Source: Nocardioides sp.
GTDB lineage: Bacteria > Actinomycetota > Actinomycetes > Propionibacteriales > Nocardioidaceae
Direction: 5' to 3'
Assembly (NCBI GenBank): GCA_051306135.1
Contig: JBPPMQ010000158.1
Location: 429-64,428 of the forward strand
Length of the DNA: 64,000 bases
Part shown: piece by piece, positions 8,744-17,378 of the stretch
Layout of the letters: the number at the start of each line of letters is the position of its first letter
Numbering within the stretch: the first letter of the stretch is position 1
Program-made: the position numbers and the translations under genes
The notes under the pieces: model-generated
Database searches by the model: none
What the model was told of the DNA's origin: nothing
The model's input: only the letters and a program-made list of their open reading frames with translations

Positions 8744-8855
8744 TCACTGACGTTGTCGTCGTGATTTCCGGAATCGGCAACCACAACGTCAGTGACTGGG
8801 CGTCAGGCGACCACAACGTCAGTGACTGGGCGTCAGGCAACCACAACGTCAGTGA
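8744..8855. repeat. Motif array B, the mirror image of array A: one direct copy, a loop, then three inverted copies CCACAACGTCAGTGA (8781, 8811, 8841; 30-bp period)
   Basis: Read directly. The palindrome is TCACTGACGTTGTCGTCGTGATTTCCGGAATCGGCAACCACAACGTCAGTGA, followed by 30-bp units with the locus-specific spacer CTGGGCGTCAGGC(G/A)A. Confidence 0.9.
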
Positions 8856-8878
8856 CTAGAGGGGGGCGCCACGACGGC

Positions 8879-9829
8879 TCACTTGCGCTTGGTGATCTCC
8901 TCGGTCAGCGCCGGGAGCACCGCGTGCAGGTCACCGACCACCCCGAAGTCGACCAACTCGAAGATCGGGGCTTCTTCGTCCTTGTTGACGGCCACGATGG
9001 TCTTCGAGGTCTGCATCCCCGCACGGTGCTGGATGGCACCGGAGATGCCGTTGGCAACGTAGAGCTGAGGGGAAACCGTCTTACCGGTCTGCCCGACCTG
9101 GAAGGTGTGCGGCTTCCATCCAGAGTCGACCGCGGCACGGGACGCACCCACAGCAGCACCGAGGGAGTCGGCCAATGCCTCGACCGCAGAGAAGTCGCCG
9201 CCGGTGCCGCGACCACCGGAGACCACGATGGCGGCCTCGGTGAGCTCGGGACGGCCGGTCGACTGCCGCGGCTGAGCGGCCACGATCTGGGCGGTCTTGG
9301 CGGCGTCGGAGACGGTCACCGCAACCGATACCGTCTCGCCGGCGCCGGTGGCCTCTTCCGGGGAGGCGGCGTTGGGCTTGACGGTGATGATCGGGGTGCC
9401 CTTGGTGACCTTCGACTTGGTGGTGTAGTTGCCCGCGAAGACCGACTGGGTGGCGGTGCCGTCGGCGTCGAGATCGACAGCGTCAGTGATCAGGCCGGAC
9501 TCCAGTTTGATGGCCAGACGCCCGGCGATCTCCTTGCCCTCACCCGAAGAGGTGATCAGGATGGCGGCCGGAGAGGCCTGGGCGGCAACCTGGGCCAGAG
9601 CCTCGGCCTTCGGAGCAACCAGGTAACCCTTGATCTCGGCGTCATCGATGACGTAGACCTTCTCGGCACCGAACTTCTTCACCGACTCCACGGCACCGTC
9701 GACCTGGTCGGCCGCACCGATGAACACCGCCGCCGGGGTGCCCAGACGCTTGGCCACCGTCAGCATTTCGTAGGTCGGCTTGCGGACTGCTCCGCCAACA
9801 TGGTCGACAAGAACTAACACTTCAGACAT
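8879..9829 (-). CDS. etfA: Electron transfer flavoprotein subunit alpha
   Basis: [10 protein letters not shown]... with the C-terminal FAD-binding pattern (VSGGRG...[12 protein letters not shown]...QVGQTGK.V.P.LY...[11 protein letters not shown]). The upstream extension of the ORF is Pro/Arg-rich junk. Confidence 0.93.
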   Translation of the reverse strand: MSEVLVLVDHVGGAVRKPTYEMLTVAKRLGTPAAVFIGAADQVDGAVESVKKFGAEKVYVIDDAEIKGYLVAPKAEALAQVAAQASPAAILITSSGEGKEIAGRLAIKLESGLITDAVDLDADGTATQSVFAGNYTTKSKVTKGTPIITVKPNAASPEEATGAGETVSVAVTVSDAAKTAQIVAAQPRQSTGRPELTEAAIVVSGGRGTGGDFSAVEALADSLGAAVGASRAAVDSGWKPHTFQVGQTGKTVSPQLYVANGISGAIQHRAGMQTSKTIVAVNKDEEAPIFELVDFGVVGDLHAVLPALTEEITKRK

Positions 9830-9842
9830 CTCGCTGGCCTCC

Positions 9843-10631
9843 TCAGATGAACTTCTTGGATGCGAGGAACTCGGCCAGCGCGACAGCGCCCGACCCATCC
9901 TCGTCGGCGACGATCTCGCCCTTGGATCGCGGCGGACGGGCGTCGGCCGCGACGGTCTCGGTCCAGGCGGCGCCCAGACCGACCGAGCCGGCATCGACGC
10001 CGATGTCGGACAGCGACCAGGTCTCGAACGGCTTCTTCTTGGCCGCCATGATGCCCTTGAAGGACGGGAACCGGGCTTCGCCCGACTGGTCGGTGACCGA
10101 GAGCACCAGCGGCATCACCCCGCCGATGACCTCGGTGGCGGTGTCGCCGTCGCGCTTGATGCGGACCTGGTTGCCCTGGGTCTCCACTACTGCGGCCTGG
10201 GTGACCTGGGGCAGCCCGAGCCGTTCGGCGACCATGGCAGGTATGACGCTCATCCCGGCGTCGGTGGAGGCCAGACCGAAGACGACCAGGTCAGCGGGCC
10301 CTGCCTTCTCCACAGCCTTGGCCAGCACCAGCGAGGTCGCCGCGGCGTCGGATCCGGCGACCGCGTCGTCGATGACGTGAATGCCCTCGTCGGCCCCCAT
10401 CTGCAGGGCCTTACGGACGGCGTCGGCGGCCTTCTCGGGACCAACGGTGAGCGCCACGACGGAAATCTCCTCGTCGGCTCGCTTCTCCTTGATCTGCAGG
10501 GCCTGCTCGACGGCGTACTCGTCCAGTTCGGAAAGGAATCCGTCGACGGAGCGGTCGACGGTGAAGTCGGACTCAAACTTCCGGTCGCCGGTGGCATCCG
10601 GAACGTGCTTGACGCAGACAACAATCTTCAT
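9843..10631 (-). CDS. etfB: Electron transfer flavoprotein subunit beta
   Basis: MKIVVCVKHVPD... is a typical EtfB N-terminus. The gene lies immediately upstream of etfA. Confidence 0.93.
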   Translation of the reverse strand: MKIVVCVKHVPDATGDRKFESDFTVDRSVDGFLSELDEYAVEQALQIKEKRADEEISVVALTVGPEKAADAVRKALQMGADEGIHVIDDAVAGSDAAATSLVLAKAVEKAGPADLVVFGLASTDAGMSVIPAMVAERLGLPQVTQAAVVETQGNQVRIKRDGDTATEVIGGVMPLVLSVTDQSGEARFPSFKGIMAAKKKPFETWSLSDIGVDAGSVGLGAAWTETVAADARPPRSKGEIVADEDGSGAVALAEFLASKKFI

Positions 10632-10747
10632 GGTGGGGTGAGCCCCTCCTGTAGAGGTCGAAATGTGACGCCGATGTTACTCGCGGGTCACTTACCGGGG
10701 ATAGGGCGGGTCCCGTAACCCGCGCCACGATCTTGCCACAGGCCTGT

Positions 10748-11545
10748 TCAGCGACCGACGAAGGTCGCCTTTCCCGGGCCGTTAGCCACGAAGGACTCCA
10801 TCCCCCGCGTCTGGTCCTCGGTGGCGAACAGGCCCGCGAACTCCCGGGCCTCGATGCCCAATCCGGTGTTGAGGTCGACGTCCAGGCCGGCATCGATGGC
10901 GGCCTTGGCTGCCCGCAGCGCCAACGCCGGACCGCCCACGAACTGCCGTGCCCAGGCGACCGCCTCGGCATAGACCTGGTCGGCGGCCACGACTCGGTCG
11001 ACCAGACCGATACGCAGGGCCTCCTCAGCGGCGACGAAGCGGCCGGTGAAGATCAGGTCTTTGGCCACCGAGGGCCCCACCAGGCGGGTCAACCGTTGGG
11101 TGCCGCCCATGCCCGGGATGATCCCGAGCAGGATCTCGGGCTGACCGAACTGGGCGGTGTCGGCGGCGAACCGCACGTCGGCACATAACGCAAGTTCGCA
11201 CCCACCACCCAGGGCGTAGCCGGTGACCGCAGCGACCACCGGCTTCGGGATCGCCGCCAACGCAGCCATCGAGGACTGCAGCAGTGGAGCCATAGAGGCC
11301 ATCTCGGCATAGGAGATGCCGGCCATCTCCTTGACGTCGGCACCGGCGGCGAAGAGCCGCTCGCCACCGAAGATGACCACGGCTGCGACGTCGTCGCGGG
11401 TGGTGACCTCCACGGCAGCGGCCCGCAGTTCCTCCTGGACTTGACGGGAGATGGCGTTCATCTTCGGACGGTCAAGGCGAATAGTGGCCACGTGGTCGTC
11501 GACCTCGACGCGCACGAACTCTGATGTGTCCATGACCACAACCAT
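10748..11545 (-). CDS. Enoyl-CoA hydratase/isomerase family protein
   Basis: ATIRLDRPKMNAIS, FAAGADVKEM and GYALGGGCELAL crotonase-fold motifs. The start is ATG 11545 or 11533. Confidence 0.88.
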   Translation of the reverse strand: MVVVMDTSEFVRVEVDDHVATIRLDRPKMNAISRQVQEELRAAAVEVTTRDDVAAVVIFGGERLFAAGADVKEMAGISYAEMASMAPLLQSSMAALAAIPKPVVAAVTGYALGGGCELALCADVRFAADTAQFGQPEILLGIIPGMGGTQRLTRLVGPSVAKDLIFTGRFVAAEEALRIGLVDRVVAADQVYAEAVAWARQFVGGPALALRAAKAAIDAGLDVDLNTGLGIEAREFAGLFATEDQTRGMESFVANGPGKATFVGR

Positions 11546-11602
11546 AGGCCGACCAGGTCGTCGCTTCGATCCCCCGAAACATCGGTGGGACACAATGGGC
11601 CC

Positions 11603-13789
11603 ATGACCCACTGGAAAACTCTGGGACAGATCAACCCGGTCTGGCCCGGCCGCAACTGGCCGTTGGGCGCGACCTGGACACCGAAATCGACCAACTTCGC
11701 GGTCTACTCCCCCAACGCGACCGCGATGTGGCTGTGCCTGTTCGACGACGAGGGAGGCGAACGTCGCTACGAGTTGACCGAGCAGTCCCTCGGAATCTGG
11801 CACGGTGCGCTTCCCGCCATCGAGCCGGGCCAGCGCTACGGCTACCGAGCCGACGGTCCGTGGGGGCCCAGCAAGGGCATGCGGTTCAACGTCAACAAGC
11901 TGCTGTTGGACCCCTACGCACTGGCCACCTCGGGGACCATCGAGAACGAGAACGCGCTGTACGGCTATGACTGGAAAAGCCCCGACGAGATGGACACCAG
12001 CGACTCCGCTCCGGTGACCGGCCGCAGTGTGGTGGTCGACCCGAGTTTCGACTGGGAGGGCGACACCCCCATCCAGCGACGCTGGCGCGACACCGTCATC
12101 TACGAACTCCACGTCAAGGGCTTCACCAAGTTGCACGACCGGATTCCGGAGGAGATCCGCGGGACCTATGCCGGTCTGGGCCACCCGGTGGTGGTCGAAT
12201 ACCTGCGCGATCTAGGGATCACCGCGGTGGAGTTGCTGCCGGTGCACCAGTTCTTCTCCGAACCCGCGCTGCTCGAACGCGGTATGAAGAACTACTGGGG
12301 TTACAACACTGTGTCCTACTTCTCCCCCGACGCGAGCTACTCCTCCTGCGGCGACCGGGGCGAGCAGGTCACCGAGTTCAAGCAGATGGTGAAGTCGCTG
12401 CACGCGGCCGGCATCGAGGTCATCCTCGACGTGGTCTACAACCACACCGCGGAGGCCGGTCCGATGGGTCCGACGATCTCGTTTCGCGGATTGGACGACA
12501 AGGGCTTCTACAAACGCGTGGTGCCCCCGACGCCGTCCGGGGAGGGCTTCGACAACGCCGGATTCGATCCGGGTTTCGACGACACCTACTGGGATGTCAC
12601 CGGATGTGGCAACACTGTCAACAGTTGGGACGACTTGGCCCTGCGGATGATTCTCGATTCGCTGCGTTACTGGGTCACCCAGATGCATATCGACGGCTTC
12701 CGGTTCGACCTGATGAGCGCCCTGACTCGCACCGGCACCGCCGTCGACTTCCACTGTGCCTTGCTGATCGCGATCGGTCAGGACCCGGTGCTGCGCCACG
12801 CCAAACTGATCGCCGAACCGTGGGACACCTCCATGGACGGCTACCTGGTCGGCCGGATGCCGCCCCCCTGGGTGGAATGGAACGACCAGTTCCGAGACTC
12901 CATCCGGGACTTCTGGCGTGGCGCCTCCGACGGTGTGCACACCGTGGCAACCCGACTGGCCGGCAGCAGCGACCTGTATGCCGACGACGGTCGGTCGGCA
13001 TACAACTCGGTCAACTTCATCACCGCCCACGACGGGTTCACCGTCCGGGACCTGGTTTCTTACAACGACAAGCACAATGAGGCCAATGGCGAGGAGAACC
13101 GGGACGGCACCGACAACAACCGCTCCTGGAACCACGGTGTCGAGGGTGAGACCGATGACGTGCTCATCACCGAGCTCAGGCGCCGTCAGGCAGCCAACCT
13201 GATGGTCACTCTGTGTCTGTCCAACGGGGTGCCGATGATCACTGCGGGCGACGAACGGGGTCGCACCCAGCGGGGCAACAACAATGCCTACTGTCAGGAC
13301 AACGAGATCAGTTGGGTCGACTGGTCCATCGATGACGCGTGGCTCGACGTCTACCAGACGACCAAGGCCGCGCTGCAGTTGCGACGCGAACACCCGGCCC
13401 TTCGCCAACGGCACTGGTTCGAGGGCCGTCCGACGATCGTCGGCGGGCCTAAGGACTTGGCCTGGTTGCATCCCAGCGGCCGCGAGATGCGCGCCCACGA
13501 GTGGACCGATTCGTCGCTGGCCTGCATCGCAATGTTCTTGTCCGGTGGACCGCTGCGCTCTCCTGGCCAGTATGGCGACCAGGTCGTCGACAACTCATTC
13601 ATCCTATGGCTCAACGCATCTGGTGACTCGGTCGAGATCAGCCTGCCCGAGAACGACTGGGTGCACGCCGGCGAGATCGTGGTCTCCACCGATCCCGCCC
13701 TGCCGGTGGGAGTAGAACTCCGGGCCGGTGGTTACCTGACCATGGCTCCCCGGACGTCTTTGGTGCTGCGCTCCCTGAGTTACCCGTAG
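11603..13789 (+). CDS. glgX: Glycogen debranching enzyme GlgX
   Basis: VWPGRNWPLGATW...TNFAVYS N-terminus. GH13 motifs VILDVVYNHT, GFRFDL, EPWD and FITAHDGF are present. Confidence 0.93.
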   Translation: MTHWKTLGQINPVWPGRNWPLGATWTPKSTNFAVYSPNATAMWLCLFDDEGGERRYELTEQSLGIWHGALPAIEPGQRYGYRADGPWGPSKGMRFNVNKLLLDPYALATSGTIENENALYGYDWKSPDEMDTSDSAPVTGRSVVVDPSFDWEGDTPIQRRWRDTVIYELHVKGFTKLHDRIPEEIRGTYAGLGHPVVVEYLRDLGITAVELLPVHQFFSEPALLERGMKNYWGYNTVSYFSPDASYSSCGDRGEQVTEFKQMVKSLHAAGIEVILDVVYNHTAEAGPMGPTISFRGLDDKGFYKRVVPPTPSGEGFDNAGFDPGFDDTYWDVTGCGNTVNSWDDLALRMILDSLRYWVTQMHIDGFRFDLMSALTRTGTAVDFHCALLIAIGQDPVLRHAKLIAEPWDTSMDGYLVGRMPPPWVEWNDQFRDSIRDFWRGASDGVHTVATRLAGSSDLYADDGRSAYNSVNFITAHDGFTVRDLVSYNDKHNEANGEENRDGTDNNRSWNHGVEGETDDVLITELRRRQAANLMVTLCLSNGVPMITAGDERGRTQRGNNNAYCQDNEISWVDWSIDDAWLDVYQTTKAALQLRREHPALRQRHWFEGRPTIVGGPKDLAWLHPSGREMRAHEWTDSSLACIAMFLSGGPLRSPGQYGDQVVDNSFILWLNASGDSVEISLPENDWVHAGEIVVSTDPALPVGVELRAGGYLTMAPRTSLVLRSLSYP

Positions 13790-13799
13790 GCGGTCGCCC

Positions 13800-13822
13800 G
13801 GGGAAACTGGAACAGTTCCCCC
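13800..13822 (+). terminator. Weak hairpin after glgX
   Basis: GGGGAAACTG-gaa-CAGTTCCCC with a one-base bulge. Confidence 0.3.
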
Positions 13823-14016
13823 ACAAGAAGCGAACAGGTCCTCTTCATACCCAAATGGTGTCTTACCTTGGGGACGTCGGACGCGTCTCCACCTTGAGTG
13901 GTGCGCACAGTCCGACGGACACGCCACGGGGGAACGGGCGCGCAGACAGAGCATAATTCGAGGGGCCCCCAGCCCCGGCGACTGTCGATGCGCGCTGAGG
14001 ATCGGGGGATCTTTAG

Positions 14017-17000
14017 ATGAATGAACAACGCTCGAACGCGCGCCCACGACGGGCTCGGCACCGTGCTGTGACACGGCGCCTCAACATCGGCCGGCACACC
14101 GGTCTCGCCATGGTCCTGGTTGCTCTGGGCCTGTCCATACCTAGCCTGACACCGCCAGCATCCGCGGTCAGCGTCGCCGGGTTCGAGATCGACGGCAACC
14201 TGGTCAGCAACGGTGCCACCGACTGGGCATCGCCCTCGGTCGCTCCGCAACCAGTGGCCCACGACCTGACCGGCACCAACGCCGACGATGCCTTCACCGG
14301 CGGCAGCAAGGAAGAGGTCCCGGGCGGTTGGGTCACCACCACCAAGCCGAACACACCCAAAGACGATCTGGGTGACATCTACGGAACCACGCTGATCTCG
14401 AACAATCACCTGTTCGCATTCCTCGGCTGGGAGCGGGAGTCCGGCAGCGGAACCACCAACGTGACGATCGAGCTCAACCACCTGAACACGGTCACCAATC
14501 CCAAGGGCGTCTCGGTGCCCAACCGGTCGGCCGGAGACATCCTCATCGCGGTCGAACAGGCCGGAAACAGCGTGCCGGAGGTCAGCGGCGTCTTCGCGTG
14601 GGCCAACGGTGACTGGGATTCCGTGCAGGGGTCCGCCTACGGCATCGAGGCCGCTGCGAATGCGGGTCCGGTCCTCGACACCGACCAGAACACGCTGCCC
14701 GAACACACGTTCGGCGAGATTTCGGCCGACTTGACCAAGATCTTCGACTCCGAGAGCGCCTGTTCGTTGGGCGGTTTCGCCACGCTCAGCATGCGCACCC
14801 GTGCCAGCACGTCGATCACCTCTGAACTCAAGGACTACGTGCTCCCGACGTCGATCAGCGACGCCTGCGCCCCGGTGAGCCCCACTGCTCCGCCCACGCC
14901 GGGCGCCCCGACCTGTGACATCGACGGCTCTGCGACCATCCCCACCGACACTGCATCGGTGACCTACTGGGCGACCAAGGGCGCACAGACCCAGCAGGAC
15001 GGCGTGCTGGCTCCGGGGTCCTGGACCTTGCACGCCGCCCTGTCGACGGCTGGGACCAAGTGGAAGGTGCCGCTTCCAGCCGGCTGGAGCACGGACAACA
15101 ACCTCGACGGCGAACTGACTGCGACTGTCTCAGTGGGGGCGAAGACCTCCGACTGCCCGGTCACCCCGGCAGTCGTCGCGGTCACTGCCGCTTCGTGCGA
15201 CACCGACGGGACCGCGACGATTCCCGCCGACACCGACCGCATCACCTACTGGGCAACCGGAGGTGGAACCACCCAACAGGATGGCGATCTGTCGCCGGGC
15301 CTGTGGACGGTGCACGCCTCGCTGAGCGGTGAGGACGACCAGTGGTCCAATCTTCCAAACGGATGGAAGCCCACTGACGCAACCAAGCAGGACATCACCA
15401 CGACGGTGACCGTCGATGCCAAGACCTCAGACTGCCCGGTGACCGTCGGTCCCCTGGTCAAGTCGTCTGCGGCGACCTGTAACGCCGACGGCATCTTCGT
15501 GCCCTTCCCGGCTGACACCGCAGCGATCGACTACTGGGTGCTCAGCCCGAGCGCGGAGATCCTCGGCCGGGGCCAGGACGCGAACCCGGCCAGCCTGGGT
15601 GCTGGATCGTGGGTCATCCACGCCAGCCTGAAGGACCCTGATTCGGTGTGGGTCGACACCTCTGCTGCCTGGACCGCCGGAGTCAGCGACAAGGACGACC
15701 TGACCGCAGACATCTCCGTTGCCGCCAAGACCGGCGACTGCCCGGTCACCCCGGCGCAACTGCCCGCGATCAACCCGGCCACCTGCGACATCGCCGGGTC
15801 CGCCACCATCCCGAGCGACACCGACCTGGTTCGCTACTGGGCGACGATGGGCGAGACCACCCAGCAGGACGGCGATCTCGGTGCCGGCAGTTGGACGCTG
15901 CACGCCACCCTGCTTGACTCGGACTACGCGTGGTACCAGATCCCGGACGGCTGGCTGCCCGACGGTGCGGTCAAGGACGACCTCAGCGCGACCGTTGAGG
16001 TGCCGGCAGCCGACCCGAGCACCCAGAACTGTGCGCCGGATCCGAAGAAGACCTACGGCCAGGACGTGACGGAGTCGTGCGAGACCGGCGGCTACACCAG
16101 CACCCCGTGGACCGCGATCTCCACCCCGGTGTGGGACGGCTCGGCATGGGTCTACGGTGAGCCGGTCTACACCTACTACAACCCGACCTTCACCGCGTAC
16201 GACGATGCGGAGTACTTCGCCAAGTGCGCGCCGCCAGAGCCGCCGCAGGAGAGCCGGGTCGTGCCGCAGAGCTATGAGTCCTGCGACCTCAATCAGGTCG
16301 GCGGAGTCGAGACCTGGACGACCACCTACACCACCAGTTACCTGTGGGACACCGTGACTAGGACCTGGGTCGGCACCGAGGACGAAGGCGTGGACTCCGC
16401 TGCGGTGTTCACGGCCTACAGCGACGAGGAGTACTACCTCAACTGCGCTCCTGCCCAGCCCGACGACTATGTGCTGACCTCCGAGTGGGCCGACGGGCTG
16501 TGGGGCTGTGGCGACACCACCGTCACCCAGACCCGCACCGTGACCACCACCCCGTACGTCTGGGACGCCACGACCCGGACCTACATCGAGGACACCGCCA
16601 ATGCGACCGAGGTCACCCAGACCCAGACGCGAGGGTTGACCGAGGAGGAGATCGCCTCCCTCGACTGTGCTCTCACTGTGGGTGACATCGGCGCTGAGTG
16701 TGTCTCAGTGATCCCGACGTTGGCCTATGAGGTCATCGAACCCGTCACCACTGGTCGGGAGGTCGCCGCCAGCGGCACCGGACCACTGACGATCACCTTC
16801 GTCGGCGCTCCGGACCACAGCGACGTCGTCTACTCCGACCTGCCCCTGAGCGGGACGGTGCTCTGGCCTGGCGCCAGCGACGGCAACCCGCAGATGTGGC
16901 CCGGCTGGGACTACGTCAACGGCGAGTACGTCGACGTCGGGGACCAGCGCTACGGCTGGACCCGTGACGGCGTCACCGTCCGGTTCGACTCCGGCAATGA

Positions 17001-17316
17001 GTCCTACGAGGCGGTCGTCGATTACCCCGCGGACTCTGAGATCTGTGCCAACCCGCCCGGTGGGACCGACGAGCCCGGCACCGACGAGCCCGGTGGGACC
17101 GACGAGCCCGGCGGGACCGACGAGCCCGGCGGGACCGACGAGCCCGGCACGAATGACGGCCCGGATTCGCCTCAGCCCATCGCGAACATCCCCACCACAG
17201 GCGGCTCGCTGCCCTACACCGGTGCGCCCGGCGGCATCGTGTGGACGGGGCTGGGAGGGCTGATGCTCATCCTGGCCGGGGCCGTGATGGTCACCGCGCG
17301 ACGACGTCGCGACTGA
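14017..17316 (+). CDS. LPXTG cell-wall-anchored surface protein with two families of internal Cys-bracketed repeats
   Basis: Signal peptide (…LSIPSLTPPASA). C-terminal LPYTG followed by a hydrophobic helix and RRRRD. Four ~95-aa repeats have the form C(D/N)xDG..TIP.DT...YWAT.G.TQQDG.L..GSWT.HA.L…AKT(S/G)DCPVTP. Three further repeats end in FTAY.D.EY...CAP. Confidence 0.85.
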   Translation: MNEQRSNARPRRARHRAVTRRLNIGRHTGLAMVLVALGLSIPSLTPPASAVSVAGFEIDGNLVSNGATDWASPSVAPQPVAHDLTGTNADDAFTGGSKEEVPGGWVTTTKPNTPKDDLGDIYGTTLISNNHLFAFLGWERESGSGTTNVTIELNHLNTVTNPKGVSVPNRSAGDILIAVEQAGNSVPEVSGVFAWANGDWDSVQGSAYGIEAAANAGPVLDTDQNTLPEHTFGEISADLTKIFDSESACSLGGFATLSMRTRASTSITSELKDYVLPTSISDACAPVSPTAPPTPGAPTCDIDGSATIPTDTASVTYWATKGAQTQQDGVLAPGSWTLHAALSTAGTKWKVPLPAGWSTDNNLDGELTATVSVGAKTSDCPVTPAVVAVTAASCDTDGTATIPADTDRITYWATGGGTTQQDGDLSPGLWTVHASLSGEDDQWSNLPNGWKPTDATKQDITTTVTVDAKTSDCPVTVGPLVKSSAATCNADGIFVPFPADTAAIDYWVLSPSAEILGRGQDANPASLGAGSWVIHASLKDPDSVWVDTSAAWTAGVSDKDDLTADISVAAKTGDCPVTPAQLPAINPATCDIAGSATIPSDTDLVRYWATMGETTQQDGDLGAGSWTLHATLLDSDYAWYQIPDGWLPDGAVKDDLSATVEVPAADPSTQNCAPDPKKTYGQDVTESCETGGYTSTPWTAISTPVWDGSAWVYGEPVYTYYNPTFTAYDDAEYFAKCAPPEPPQESRVVPQSYESCDLNQVGGVETWTTTYTTSYLWDTVTRTWVGTEDEGVDSAAVFTAYSDEEYYLNCAPAQPDDYVLTSEWADGLWGCGDTTVTQTRTVTTTPYVWDATTRTYIEDTANATEVTQTQTRGLTEEEIASLDCALTVGDIGAECVSVIPTLAYEVIEPVTTGREVAASGTGPLTITFVGAPDHSDVVYSDLPLSGTVLWPGASDGNPQMWPGWDYVNGEYVDVGDQRYGWTRDGVTVRFDSGNESYEAVVDYPADSEICANPPGGTDEPGTDEPGGTDEPGGTDEPGGTDEPGTNDGPDSPQPIANIPTTGGSLPYTGAPGGIVWTGLGGLMLILAGAVMVTARRRRD
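17056..17150 (+). repeat. In-frame tandem repeat encoding (P)GGTDEP x5-6 inside the LPXTG gene
   Basis: GGGACCGACGAGCCCGGC-type units of 15-18 bp, read directly. Confidence 0.85.
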
Positions 17317-17345
17317 CCCAGCGGCTCACTCGCCGTCCGAGCAAT

Positions 17346-17378
17346 CGCCTGACCCCCGGCACTGCCGGGGGTCAGGCG
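17346..17378. terminator. Strong bidirectional hairpin between the convergent LPXTG gene and glgP
   Basis: CGCCTGACCCCCGGC-act-GCCGGGGGTCAGGCG forms a 15-bp perfect stem. It overlaps the glgP stop codon. Confidence 0.75.

Noticed and set aside
9830-9994. Upstream extensions of etfA (to 9994), the enoyl-CoA hydratase (to 12184), atpA (to 59273), atpH (to 60657), meaA (to 49249), the LuxR-type regulator (to 51231) and nucS (from 42805).
   Set aside because: The extra residues are low-complexity or overlap neighbouring genes. Internal ATG codons give N-termini that match the expected family starts.
10632-10747. CRP/GlxR-like half-sites (TGTGAC…GTTAC…GTCAC) upstream of etfB.
   Set aside because: There is only a poor match to TGTGA-N6-TCACA. 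The spacing does not fit and no second good half-site is present.
12212-13498. Long antisense ORFs opposite well-supported genes: 12212-13498, 13780-15033, 19953-21656, 24576-25718, 27408-28679, 30757-32175, 37237-38907, 51785-52900, 52952-54055, 55173-56576 and 57294-59237.
   Set aside because: Their translations are Arg/Gly/Pro/His-rich low-complexity sequences with no recognisable motifs. Each lies opposite a gene with strong family signatures. Long stop-free antisense frames are expected at this GC content.
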